Shown here piece after piece: positions 35,001 through 42,700 of a stretch of DNA of 64,000 nucleotides. The translations under genes and the position numbers were made by a program. The DNA comes from a virus (lineage: Duplodnaviria; Caudoviricetes). Position 1 is the first letter of the stretch. Each line of letters begins with the position of its first letter. The stretch lies in IMG/VR virus record IMGVR_UViG_3300013936_000011, positions 32,001 to 96,000 of that record. One strand, written 5' to 3'. The notes under the pieces were generated by a model. The model ran no database searches and was not told where the DNA came from. It saw nothing but the letters and a program-made list of their open reading frames with translations.

Positions 35001-37462
35001 CATTTGGTGAACTTGAAGCTAAGTCTCTCGAAGAAGCACAAAGCTGGGTTACAATATGTAAAGATATCCGTGGAGCAATAGCTCGTGGTGGCGAAACTCC
35101 TAAGAACTTAGTTGCAAAACTAATGACTGCTAAATACGGTGGCGTAGTTAAAACAGCTATCAGAAAAATGTTTAATAACAGATTCTTCTCTGAAAACCCA
35201 TTTGGTATATATCATTTCGGAGATAGAAGATTTAAAGATATATTTGCAGATAGTGAAATAGTTCAAAACTTATATGAAGTATCAGATGAAGCTATATTAT
35301 CAGGCGTAACAGCTTTGGTCCCTGATAAGTCAGAAAGTAATTCGACTCCTACAATCAACTGTTCAATACAAGATAAATCAATGTGGGAAATAGTTAATCT
35401 ATGCGCTCATGCAGGTGATGATTATTTTGCAGCAATCAGAGACTTTGGTATGAGAAGTACATTATGTATGATGAAAGGTAATCATTATTATGCATATGCT
35501 TATAAGAAAGTAAACAGTGTGATTTATGAAAGACGCAAGCCTTTCCAACAATATCATTATTTCGATTCTTATAACGATATAATCTATAATAGCATCGAAG
35601 CTACAGAAACTAATATGAAAACTAATGCTGTAGGTACATGGCAAGCAACAGACTTTATCTGGGGACATGAACAAGCTACAGTAGGTCCTGTATATCTAGA
35701 CATGAATATATATCCTGAATATCAAAAATCTATGACAGTAGATACTGGTCTTATAGCTAGTGGTAACGGCGGTATCGATATACCACTTATAACTGGTTTA
35801 TCAGAAAGATGGTCAACTGATGCTGATGATGATAAAGTTAACAAGCAATTAGCGAGAAAGATAACTACTAACGTACTTAGAGAATCTGTAAAGGATATGT
35901 ATGATGGACAATTATGTGTAATAGGAGATCCTTCAGTTAAACCATATGATAGATTTGATATCGTAGATACATATGAAGATATGTCTGGACAAATGGAAGT
36001 AGAAACAGTTGTATTTAGTATGAACAGTGAAACAGGTTTTACTACTACAATAACTCCTGATTTAATAGTTCGTGCAGTAGACTGTACTCAAGAAACAAGT
36101 TATCAAAATGTAACTGGACATTTCTTAGCTACTGAAGGTATAGCTGTTACAGCTAGATTAGGTATGGCTAAATTAATTGAATCTAGTGCTACAGCAACTT
36201 TAACTTCTTCAATAATGTCATCTGCTAAATTAAGCTCTTTAGTAGAAAGCTTAGGTGGAGCGGAAGCTTGGGCAAGTCTTAATCAATTAATAACTTCTAC
36301 TACGGTTGGAACTGAAACTGCGGGTGTAGCTGCTGTATTATTAAATCCTGTAACATTAATCGAAACAGTTGTTGCTGGTGCTTGTATATTTATAATTGCA
36401 AAGAATATTCAAGCTGCTTTATTTAACTGGTTAAGAAACGTTCAGGCCTTAACTGTTTATCCTATAAATAAATATCAAAGACAATTAATAGCTGGTATGG
36501 CAGGTCATCGTGGTTCTGTAATGGGTTACCCTTATAAACAATCAAAAGATTCTATACAAGCTATGATAATGGCAGGTTATGAAAAGATAACTGATGTGCC
36601 TATAGTTGGTTCATTAACTAAATCTTTCTGTAAAGGCTCAAATGTAGATAGCGTATTTGAACATTGGAGAGAATCTTTAGGTATAGCTCAAATGTCTAAC
36701 GATACTAATTTATCTATAGAAAATCTATATCAAGAAATATGTGGTTATGCTTCAAAAGAGTATTCATCTAATGGAGCTGAAATACAAGCCCTTAAATTCA
36801 AAGATAGATTGTTGAGTTTTGATACTAAAGGCAAAACAGATCAAACATTCTTACTTTATCAAATAGGTGGTATCGATGATCCAGATAAAAAAGAATACGA
36901 AAGTTTACCTCCTGATGAAAAGAAAAAAGTAACAATAAAAGAATTGCCTACAAATAAGAGAGTTTTAGCATTAACTCCTATAGAAGATGATGATGAAATT
37001 AAGCTTGCTAAAAGTGGTGGACATTCTGTTATCAAAAACTTTAAGATAGCTCATGCAACTAGTGCCTTAGAAGTAGGTATGAAATTTGAAGGTGGAGATA
37101 GAGTTATTAAATATATCACAGATAATGAAGGTAAAGTTTTCGACTTACCTATGATACAAACAGATGCTATATATGTAATAAAAGTAATAATGCAAGATGA
37201 AGCTCTACAAGGAGCAGAACTTACTTTTAATAGTGGTACTAGAGTTAATGATTCACGTTCATGGAAAAGTACAGGATTTGCATTCGTACTTGACTGCGAT
37301 AACAAGGATTCATTAATAACAGCAATTAAGAACGCTAGAAAACAAACAGATTGCGAAACATTAGGACCAAATAGTAAAAAAATAAAACGTCATGTATTTT
37401 CTTATCAAGACACTGATAATGGTGTTGCAATAACAGTATATCCAGGAAAGTCAGGTGAATAA
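29087..37462 (+). CDS. Giant baseplate hub protein (gp27/gpD-like) with N-terminal thermonuclease domain
   Basis: Hub signatures RIHVRMGYGSDG...VFNGKIAEV (~34855) and VIGDPSVKPYD...GQMEVETVVF...GFTTTITPD (~35920-36060); SNase motifs DGDT, RAAGVDCAE, TDKYGR. Confidence 0.78.
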   Translation: MANNLSDIRDKWAEMKVSKVENTDMDIEDFVPNIYEMIKEDCITEYLGSISDSLNKGKDDYKNVAYYCEAPYSETLGYDDKEKVWVLSVDGIEYSKNMLDMGSIDGDTYGFSFSDIDDGGKSATIGSKTYKGFEDYIKSMNCVSSGGDDRGGIKVRAAGVDCAEIPHYEAVVVYNKDTELEALTWDQIEGLAVSKKAEIQYAPYLINKNKSDDPDKWTLSERDKSHSVLFYKNKQDGITTYLEVVKKDASYLFSSSSDYAGGTPMLVVGAGKSWGKDTVLDGYKAQRRIKELLIDKKSSIQDMILILDAHTTTAVRTAPTYTCYTSLYYFPETVKNIIQSWIDKQDGRPLSRLTYSPFGTDKYGRLLGTLYVKMKMNGESVWINVSKYVQAGTNLTEPDPDFSGSPELEGIYNGLSNDAFKIGSYNNSYRFIDDSNVSGNESFEKMIKLHESLTGLEWNAEKECTVLLGDSFFLIPPQSIRNVSNIDYTKVPLLRSKGTMVKNQANREQVLEMDVFFYGENGINGIPYKAETPNGTEVTYYMNGLRALFAQFRICPFLPIHNYYINNVLGIEAVTMVGISLDTVEGFPKLLKATLTLREFNYRVYMPDLPIQYVNSDTGKIQDFEPIFAKCFEWEVYRYYYQRCIMHGEEISKYTYNTYEYGEYYYSYKNVLQRANLTSQSIEFYVPDDNWLTKALQCKKDKDRYGQMISSVSLNDDESSYVNEIAGDDPLVDNDTFKSKLKTLLKDSKVQLKNKYNTSDSVVGVNTNDIYRTDDYATTWSKSRTHVMDVKPSDLKTIFKNRLNVLFNLGWVNDVTLDEGLNSANTAVVWTFNIKLDTSKVSLDNIREYVRDLSTKTDEGASSANFFKDGCGKYIVTAQYDENSKFVGVSAAYDAGLAAIMAAGSGSNKPSEVSTTSEVFNYANYTDPKAMKFVPYIKDLNGNSVSIDLDLLHVVTQNTFTEMYLKAQDGFAPQFMGGGDVTFEIMFTTQDLLVVSLMNQLPAYALQTTKTYRRVMPCFPVKAKNDYLQMLGINECLVENVNVTTVDGFPGTYQIQMRFTSVDRTLRQREALRKINTDGFTSDIASTNIKDYFSLEEALAQSELYPDLDLPSLAELEKLGWSYLKYANENRAYVDPDFYIIYSYQYSAQMTKEIVKTYLYDKYYVAAEKDKEDGTETKTVGQCSASDSVLHMEDDSGLVLATKLNKIMGLDVCDNSQNSVSKYAQELMSQLNVAGEQETLFRKGSMFASDNFDDLMELGTTLSCLTAYGIENGWQIKEGWFATLSQTYVNDLVERLKVSGINKANSKKEDKEAKWVNEIYTKRRNAILAINEILYSPMELEGGNRYADLSCVADAFCKVFDTDAGIRLLNILDPMGNYSKGGLKKLATTGGESGGASSGHFSEKDGYYYGDSSYTTDNAGEKFDEEVWAEGNLPLYLQGYIYAAGCCRTGQQYNKSNNDWAPQQFINGDTNKPNIRYKDNKVVKAYDENDKDIKKIAKDKNLGMEDAYWYYVATVGDFFGAWGIGKYNIKRIQDMMCPKSQVNYKCKEMYDLSKDPKWCEKGFLDPYYNYQGYRSKKGRDYIKAISTNACDNCVAFIRVVLQKLKEMLIDGYFISEVDVIAGNYDQVKKEWDEYIDQWDSSLNYNSGDQDHGGSGKKLQEEALNDAIEKKYGMSKEDMDALIEDDIPTSYSQIFSARMIYPVMLMAIDCNAKIAKLVTKRNYDELNNMTLGTSVGTADCTPMNKFLQALAGIKMLGTTMETDTDAITSNAQKIFNTLMQEIAENFSNDPRRYVLHSFYDMLTTDKRGRLVRAFPTFYIIFVDEGRRIGTWKLYDNFYNMSAISNIDIVKSRKVPADTCTFTMSNLYTSYASTYDNTVYQQYVDVYGVKDYFNSIFSPRAYLNTEEMIRGRKQLTDTTVLSAGVRIHVRMGYGSDGSKLPIVFNGKIAEVNCGETIDVVCQGDGHELMNPLNAFGELEAKSLEEAQSWVTICKDIRGAIARGGETPKNLVAKLMTAKYGGVVKTAIRKMFNNRFFSENPFGIYHFGDRRFKDIFADSEIVQNLYEVSDEAILSGVTALVPDKSESNSTPTINCSIQDKSMWEIVNLCAHAGDDYFAAIRDFGMRSTLCMMKGNHYYAYAYKKVNSVIYERRKPFQQYHYFDSYNDIIYNSIEATETNMKTNAVGTWQATDFIWGHEQATVGPVYLDMNIYPEYQKSMTVDTGLIASGNGGIDIPLITGLSERWSTDADDDKVNKQLARKITTNVLRESVKDMYDGQLCVIGDPSVKPYDRFDIVDTYEDMSGQMEVETVVFSMNSETGFTTTITPDLIVRAVDCTQETSYQNVTGHFLATEGIAVTARLGMAKLIESSATATLTSSIMSSAKLSSLVESLGGAEAWASLNQLITSTTVGTETAGVAAVLLNPVTLIETVVAGACIFIIAKNIQAALFNWLRNVQALTVYPINKYQRQLIAGMAGHRGSVMGYPYKQSKDSIQAMIMAGYEKITDVPIVGSLTKSFCKGSNVDSVFEHWRESLGIAQMSNDTNLSIENLYQEICGYASKEYSSNGAEIQALKFKDRLLSFDTKGKTDQTFLLYQIGGIDDPDKKEYESLPPDEKKKVTIKELPTNKRVLALTPIEDDDEIKLAKSGGHSVIKNFKIAHATSALEVGMKFEGGDRVIKYITDNEGKVFDLPMIQTDAIYVIKVIMQDEALQGAELTFNSGTRVNDSRSWKSTGFAFVLDCDNKDSLITAIKNARKQTDCETLGPNSKKIKRHVFSYQDTDNGVAITVYPGKSGE

Positions 37463-37463
37463 T

Positions 37464-37820
37464 ATGTCAAGTTTAAAAAACACAATACGTTCTAACGTAG
37501 TTAATAGAAGCGATAAATATAATATATCTCAACAAAAGATAGCTAAAGTAATTGAGATATCAAATTCAAATTGTTACACCGTCTCTGTTATAAACAGGGA
37601 CGGTGCTAACACAGTAGAATATAATGTTGCCATAAGAAAAGATAATAATGATAAAGGATTAGTTAGTTGGGAACCAGCTGTTGGTGATCTAGTTAATATA
37701 GCTGAAGACGGTAGACGTTTTGTTATAACTGGAAGATATGATAGCTCAGTTAATAATAGCACTAATTATGATTATTACAGCAACAGTATAAATAGTACAT
37801 TAGGTGGATTTCTACAATAG
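37464..37820 (+). CDS. Putative baseplate spike OB-fold protein (gpV/gp5 N-domain-like)
   Basis: Start revised to ATG 37464 (GGTGA SD +5 nt). IAKVIEI...YTVSV...WEPAVGDLVNI pattern; follows hub. Confidence 0.6.
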   Translation: MSSLKNTIRSNVVNRSDKYNISQQKIAKVIEISNSNCYTVSVINRDGANTVEYNVAIRKDNNDKGLVSWEPAVGDLVNIAEDGRRFVITGRYDSSVNNSTNYDYYSNSINSTLGGFLQ

Positions 37821-37836
37821 ATAAGGAGTGATGTAT

Positions 37837-38379
37837 ATGAGTTTAGAAGATAGCAAAGATAATTTATTTACTAAGGCCGTTGCACAATCAGAGAAAGCTG
37901 ATACTAATACATCTAAAGGTATTATAAATAAGAATTCTGGTTCATCCATGGTTTATGATAAAGAAGGTAATGTTAACTTATCATCTGGTAATTATACGCA
38001 ATATAAACATAATGCTAAAGCAGGTTCTGCTACAGAAATAAGTTTACACTCTAATACAATAACTGTACAAAAAGATATTGTAACTAGTGACTTGTGCGTA
38101 AACTATCATAAGCTTAATTCTCAATTATATGAGTTAACTAATATGAAAGAAGTTATGAATACTTCAATAGGGAACTTAACTATGATGGGTACAGTACTTG
38201 TTAAAGTTTGGGAGCCAACATTACAGAAGTGGGTTCTTATAAGACGTCAAGTTCGTGTACCAGTATTTAGTAATATACTAGATCCTTATGCTGTAGATAA
38301 AAATATAGATTTAGATCTAGATGATGCTTATGACAATATAGCTGATTATAAAATATCTAAAGATAATTCAAGAAAATAG
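37837..38379 (+). CDS. Putative spike / baseplate protein
   Basis: Start revised to ATG 37837 (AAGGAG SD). Short beta-strand repeats (SMVYDKEGNVNLSSG) as in spike beta-helices; synteny. Confidence 0.45.
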   Translation: MSLEDSKDNLFTKAVAQSEKADTNTSKGIINKNSGSSMVYDKEGNVNLSSGNYTQYKHNAKAGSATEISLHSNTITVQKDIVTSDLCVNYHKLNSQLYELTNMKEVMNTSIGNLTMMGTVLVKVWEPTLQKWVLIRRQVRVPVFSNILDPYAVDKNIDLDLDDAYDNIADYKISKDNSRK

Positions 38380-38389
38380 GTGATACAGT

Positions 38390-38926
38390 ATGATAGATTT
38401 TCAATTAAATAAAAATGGAGATTTGTTGTTTGAAGAATCACAGGTCTTAAATAATAGTTTTGAATTAAACTTCTTTGTATCTAAAAGTGATACATTAGCT
38501 ATAAATTTTTATACTGAAAATCTATCTTCGTTCTCATATTTAGAGAATCATAAAGAAGATAGAATATTGAATCCTGGTATATGTTTAAATTTATATATCA
38601 AGAAAACAGAAAATAATAAAGAAGTTGTAATAGCTAAAGATGAAGATTATATTGAACAACAGATAAAAATAAGACTTCAAACTGCATTAGGCACGCTGTT
38701 AAACAATGAAGACATAGGATCTGATTTAGATTTATATAAACATAATATAATTGCGGATAATGATAATTTTAGTATTATTAGAGAAAGTGCTAAAAGAGCT
38801 ATAAGCGATATTTTACCAAATGCAGAAATTGATGTTCAAAAAATAGAAACTATCTACTTAGATTATAGTAATAGTTTAATGATAACAATCAAAAACGATG
38901 ATTATAATTACTATTATTATGTATAG
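38390..38926 (+). CDS. Baseplate wedge / sheath initiator (gp25/gpW-like)
   Basis: MIDFQLNKNGDLLF and IEQQIKIRLQTALGTLLNNEDIGSDL motifs; precedes baseplate J. Confidence 0.7.
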   Translation: MIDFQLNKNGDLLFEESQVLNNSFELNFFVSKSDTLAINFYTENLSSFSYLENHKEDRILNPGICLNLYIKKTENNKEVVIAKDEDYIEQQIKIRLQTALGTLLNNEDIGSDLDLYKHNIIADNDNFSIIRESAKRAISDILPNAEIDVQKIETIYLDYSNSLMITIKNDDYNYYYYV

Positions 38927-39739
38927 GTGGTGATTAAAATTAAAACATTATTAGAAATATATAAAGAATTGAAAGAAACTTTCTACCAAAAAACCAATAT
39001 AGATATTGGAAGAGGAACTGTAATTGATATGTTCTTTTCTGCAATAGCAGATCAATTTTCTACAATATATCAAACCATAGAAGATAATAAAAAGCCATAT
39101 TTATTTACAGAACAAACTGGTGATGAATTAGACAGTACTGGTTATTTTGTTTCTTTGCCTAGGATAGATGGCGAGAGTGACGAGAATTATAAATATAGAT
39201 TAATGAACTGGAATTTAAGACATGCGTCATGTAACTCTACAGCTATAAATGATAAATGCAAAGAATTAGAATTCTCTACAGCTGCTAATTATGTTCAATA
39301 TACTAAAGGAGTAGGTACAGCTACTATTTATTTGACTCCTTTATCTTACGATGAAGATGATATTAGATTAGCTATAGACGAAGCTACTGATAAAGTATCT
39401 ACTGTTATTAATCCATCATCAAGAGTCGAATTTAGAGTTCCTACTCCTGTTGATGTAAAATTTGTTGCTTATTTAAAAATTAAAACTGATGGAGATCAAT
39501 ATATTATTAAACAAGAAGTAAGTGACAAAGTAAAAGATTATGTAAATAGCATTGCTCCAGGCGATTATCTAGAACTTGGAGACATTAACGAAATAGGATT
39601 AGCAGTAGATGGTGTTGAATATTTCAATATAGTTCAAGTATATTTAGATGACGAAGAATCTACTGATTTTGAAATCTTACAAACAATTAAAGCAAGATTT
39701 GTATATAATCAAATAATATGGTGGGATGTTGAATCTTAG
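38927..39739 (+). CDS. Baseplate J-like wedge protein (compact; true start possibly ATT at 38939)
   Basis: TGDELD..G....LPR, GESDENYKYRL, GVGTATIY, YVNSIAPGD...AVDGVEY motifs typical of gpJ/XkdT. Confidence 0.85.
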   Translation: MVIKIKTLLEIYKELKETFYQKTNIDIGRGTVIDMFFSAIADQFSTIYQTIEDNKKPYLFTEQTGDELDSTGYFVSLPRIDGESDENYKYRLMNWNLRHASCNSTAINDKCKELEFSTAANYVQYTKGVGTATIYLTPLSYDEDDIRLAIDEATDKVSTVINPSSRVEFRVPTPVDVKFVAYLKIKTDGDQYIIKQEVSDKVKDYVNSIAPGDYLELGDINEIGLAVDGVEYFNIVQVYLDDEESTDFEILQTIKARFVYNQIIWWDVES

Positions 39740-39756
39740 AAGGGTAAGGTGATAGA

Positions 39757-42700
39757 ATGTTTGATTACGAAAAAATGATTAAACGTGCAATTAACTTTTT
39801 CCCTACATGGTCAGATATAAGAAAAAGACATTCTAAATCTACAGGTGGTAAATTACTAAGTACAGTAACAGAACAATCTTTAGATATAGAAAAAGCTATC
39901 CAAGAATATATTGATTCTTATTTTTTAGATAGAATAGAAGGTCACAACATTGTGGCCTTTTCTTATATGGCTACTATAGGGATTATGCAAGATACTGATA
40001 ATGTAAAAGTTGTATATAATAATACAAATTATAAGTTAACATTAGATGTTGATGAGTTTCTAAATGCTACTGATAACTATTTATCTTATTATGAAAATGG
40101 TAAGATATATATCAGAGAAGAAGTGTATAACGGAAATAATACTATAACAATATATGTTGATAATGATTGTCTTGATTATGAATTAACTAGAATTCATGTT
40201 TGGAATATATATGATGAGTTCGCATGCTTTATAGGAATGGAAAGACATGAAGGTGAATCTAACGAAGATTTATATAAACGTATGATTTACTTTAATGAGA
40301 ATAAACCTAATGCATCTGAATCAGGATTAAAGAATGCTATAATGTCTGAACTATTAATAGATTGTCCAGATCTTAAAAGAGAAGACATAAAAATAGAACC
40401 TGTCGATGCTGTAAACTTACGAAAAGCATATAAAGGTTACAGCGAATTACTTGATTTATTAAATGAAATGAACAGAGATGTTTATAGATGGAAAAGATGG
40501 GATCTTGATGAATGGCAATATGATTTTAAAAGCATAGAGTATTTACCTTATAAATGGGACGAAGCATTAACTAAGTGGCAAAATGGCATAGGCTATGGAG
40601 ATGACTTAAAAGTTATTTTATCTAATAATGTCAATAAAACCAATGCCGACATAACTCTTTATTCTAAAGATAAAGAAACGTTAAATGCTTATATAAGAAA
40701 CAAAGAGATATATAAGAACGTTAAATTAACATTCCAGAAATATAATCAAAAGTTAAATAGCGTAAATGTTAAGTATCGCTTAAAAGCAGCTCCTATGAAA
40801 ATAATAGATCCAGGTGCTATAAATCTTAGTATATATAGTTCTAATGAAGTAACAGAGACTTTAAAATTACAAGATGTATATAAATTCGGTACAGATATAA
40901 CAAGAACGGATGGTTCTAAAATAACTGATGCTTACAGATACAGATTACAATTTGTTCCTAAGAATAATAATTATAACATAGAAATATACAGAGCTACTGT
41001 AGCATACAGACACAAAACAACTAAAGCTATATTAAAGACAGAATCATTATTAAAGAATGCCAACGGATTTGTATTAAATTCTTCTGGTACATTAGCATCT
41101 ACATCTATAAGCAAAACAATAAATAATATAAATAATATGGTTACTTCTAACTATTTGACTAATGTAGACAAAGGCGGATTTACTATAAGAAATGGTTACA
41201 CAAATGGTTCTGGAACTATTAATATAAATGGTTATGGAAATCAAACAATAACTTTTACATCTAATTGTGAAATGAGCGACTTAGCTCATTCTGATATAGT
41301 AACTAAAGGTTGCTTATGGAGAGATAATGATTTAATACTTAGAACTGACTATGATGGCTATAAAGAAATAACAATAGATATAGAAGCTAACAAGTTCTCG
41401 TTTACTTTAAATACAGACACTACTTTAGATTTTTATATGTTTGATTATGAAGATAATAAATATATACCACACAGTATATCTGGAGCAGGCAGTGTATTTG
41501 AAACAGAAGAAACATTGACTCCTCGAAAAATTAAGATGTTCTTAAAATTAAAGAATATGATAGAAGTATCTCTTGGCAACTTTAAATATAATAATTATAC
41601 AATTAAGTTGTCTGCAGCAAATGGAGCTCTTGTGGCTGTTGAAAATAATGACAGAACTTTCATATTACCTGATTATATACAAAATAAATTGTTTATAGAA
41701 ATGAAAACTGAAAGCTCACATGCTCCTGTAATCAATTCCATAGCTATAGGAAGCGACGTACTTAATAATTACTATACTACAGATGTAATAACATATTTAA
41801 ATAACTACGATAGAATATTAGATATAGATTGCAACTGTGATTGTACGCTTATTAAATATGATGCTAATGATATAGAAATAGAACGAATAGATAATTATGT
41901 TTCTTCTTCTTATTATAAAGCTACAAGCAACGATTCTTATATTAGATTAAATCTAGATGATTGGGATGAAGTATATTCAGTAATAAGCGAAACTGGTTCA
42001 ATTGATTTAATAGAAGAAAGCGGACAATACTTCTACAACTTATTATTATCTAACGGAGAAATAGCTACTGCAGTTACTATAAATGGTATTAAGCATGTTG
42101 ACCCTGTAGTCGTTTCTTTACACGATATATTAAAGAGCCAATTCGAAGGATATGACATAACTAAGAATAGAGTATATTGTAGTAAATTAGCTGATGGGTT
42201 AATAATAAGTACTGGTAATACAACATCAGACTTTGAGATATTTAAAATAAACAGCGATTACTTTAAAAGAAAGAATGCAGTTAAATATGTATTTGAAGAT
42301 ATACCATCAGACATAAATGTAATATGGGGTACAGATGATATACTAGTTGACGGCTTCTCTAATACTCATGACTTTGATTATATATCTTTCTATCCTGTAA
42401 ACTCTGTCATATCTACAGCTATAAACGAATATAATTTATTCTTAAATGAGATGAAAGAAATACCTGTTGTTAATAATTTCTCTCCTCTAATCGATACTAC
42501 TTCATTAAACTTCTATACTGTAGAGCCTTATGTAGGTTCTGACCCTATAGATATTAGATTTTATCCATTTGATAAACAGAGAGAATTTGATGAACTTAAG
42601 AACTGGTCTGTAGGTATTAAAGAGTTATATATCAAATATGACGCTGATTTATTTAATATAGAAGCATATGAAATACAAGAAACAGTTATTATAAATAGAA

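Noticed and set aside
2454-39739. Extracellular contractile injection system or tailocin rather than phage
   Set aside because: Multiple sheath and tube paralogues are eCIS-like, but adaptor/stopper-like neck genes, giant tape-measure-locus genes, an RNAP and phage-type fibres favour a DNA-packaging phage. The capsid genes are outside the window, so this is not formally excluded.
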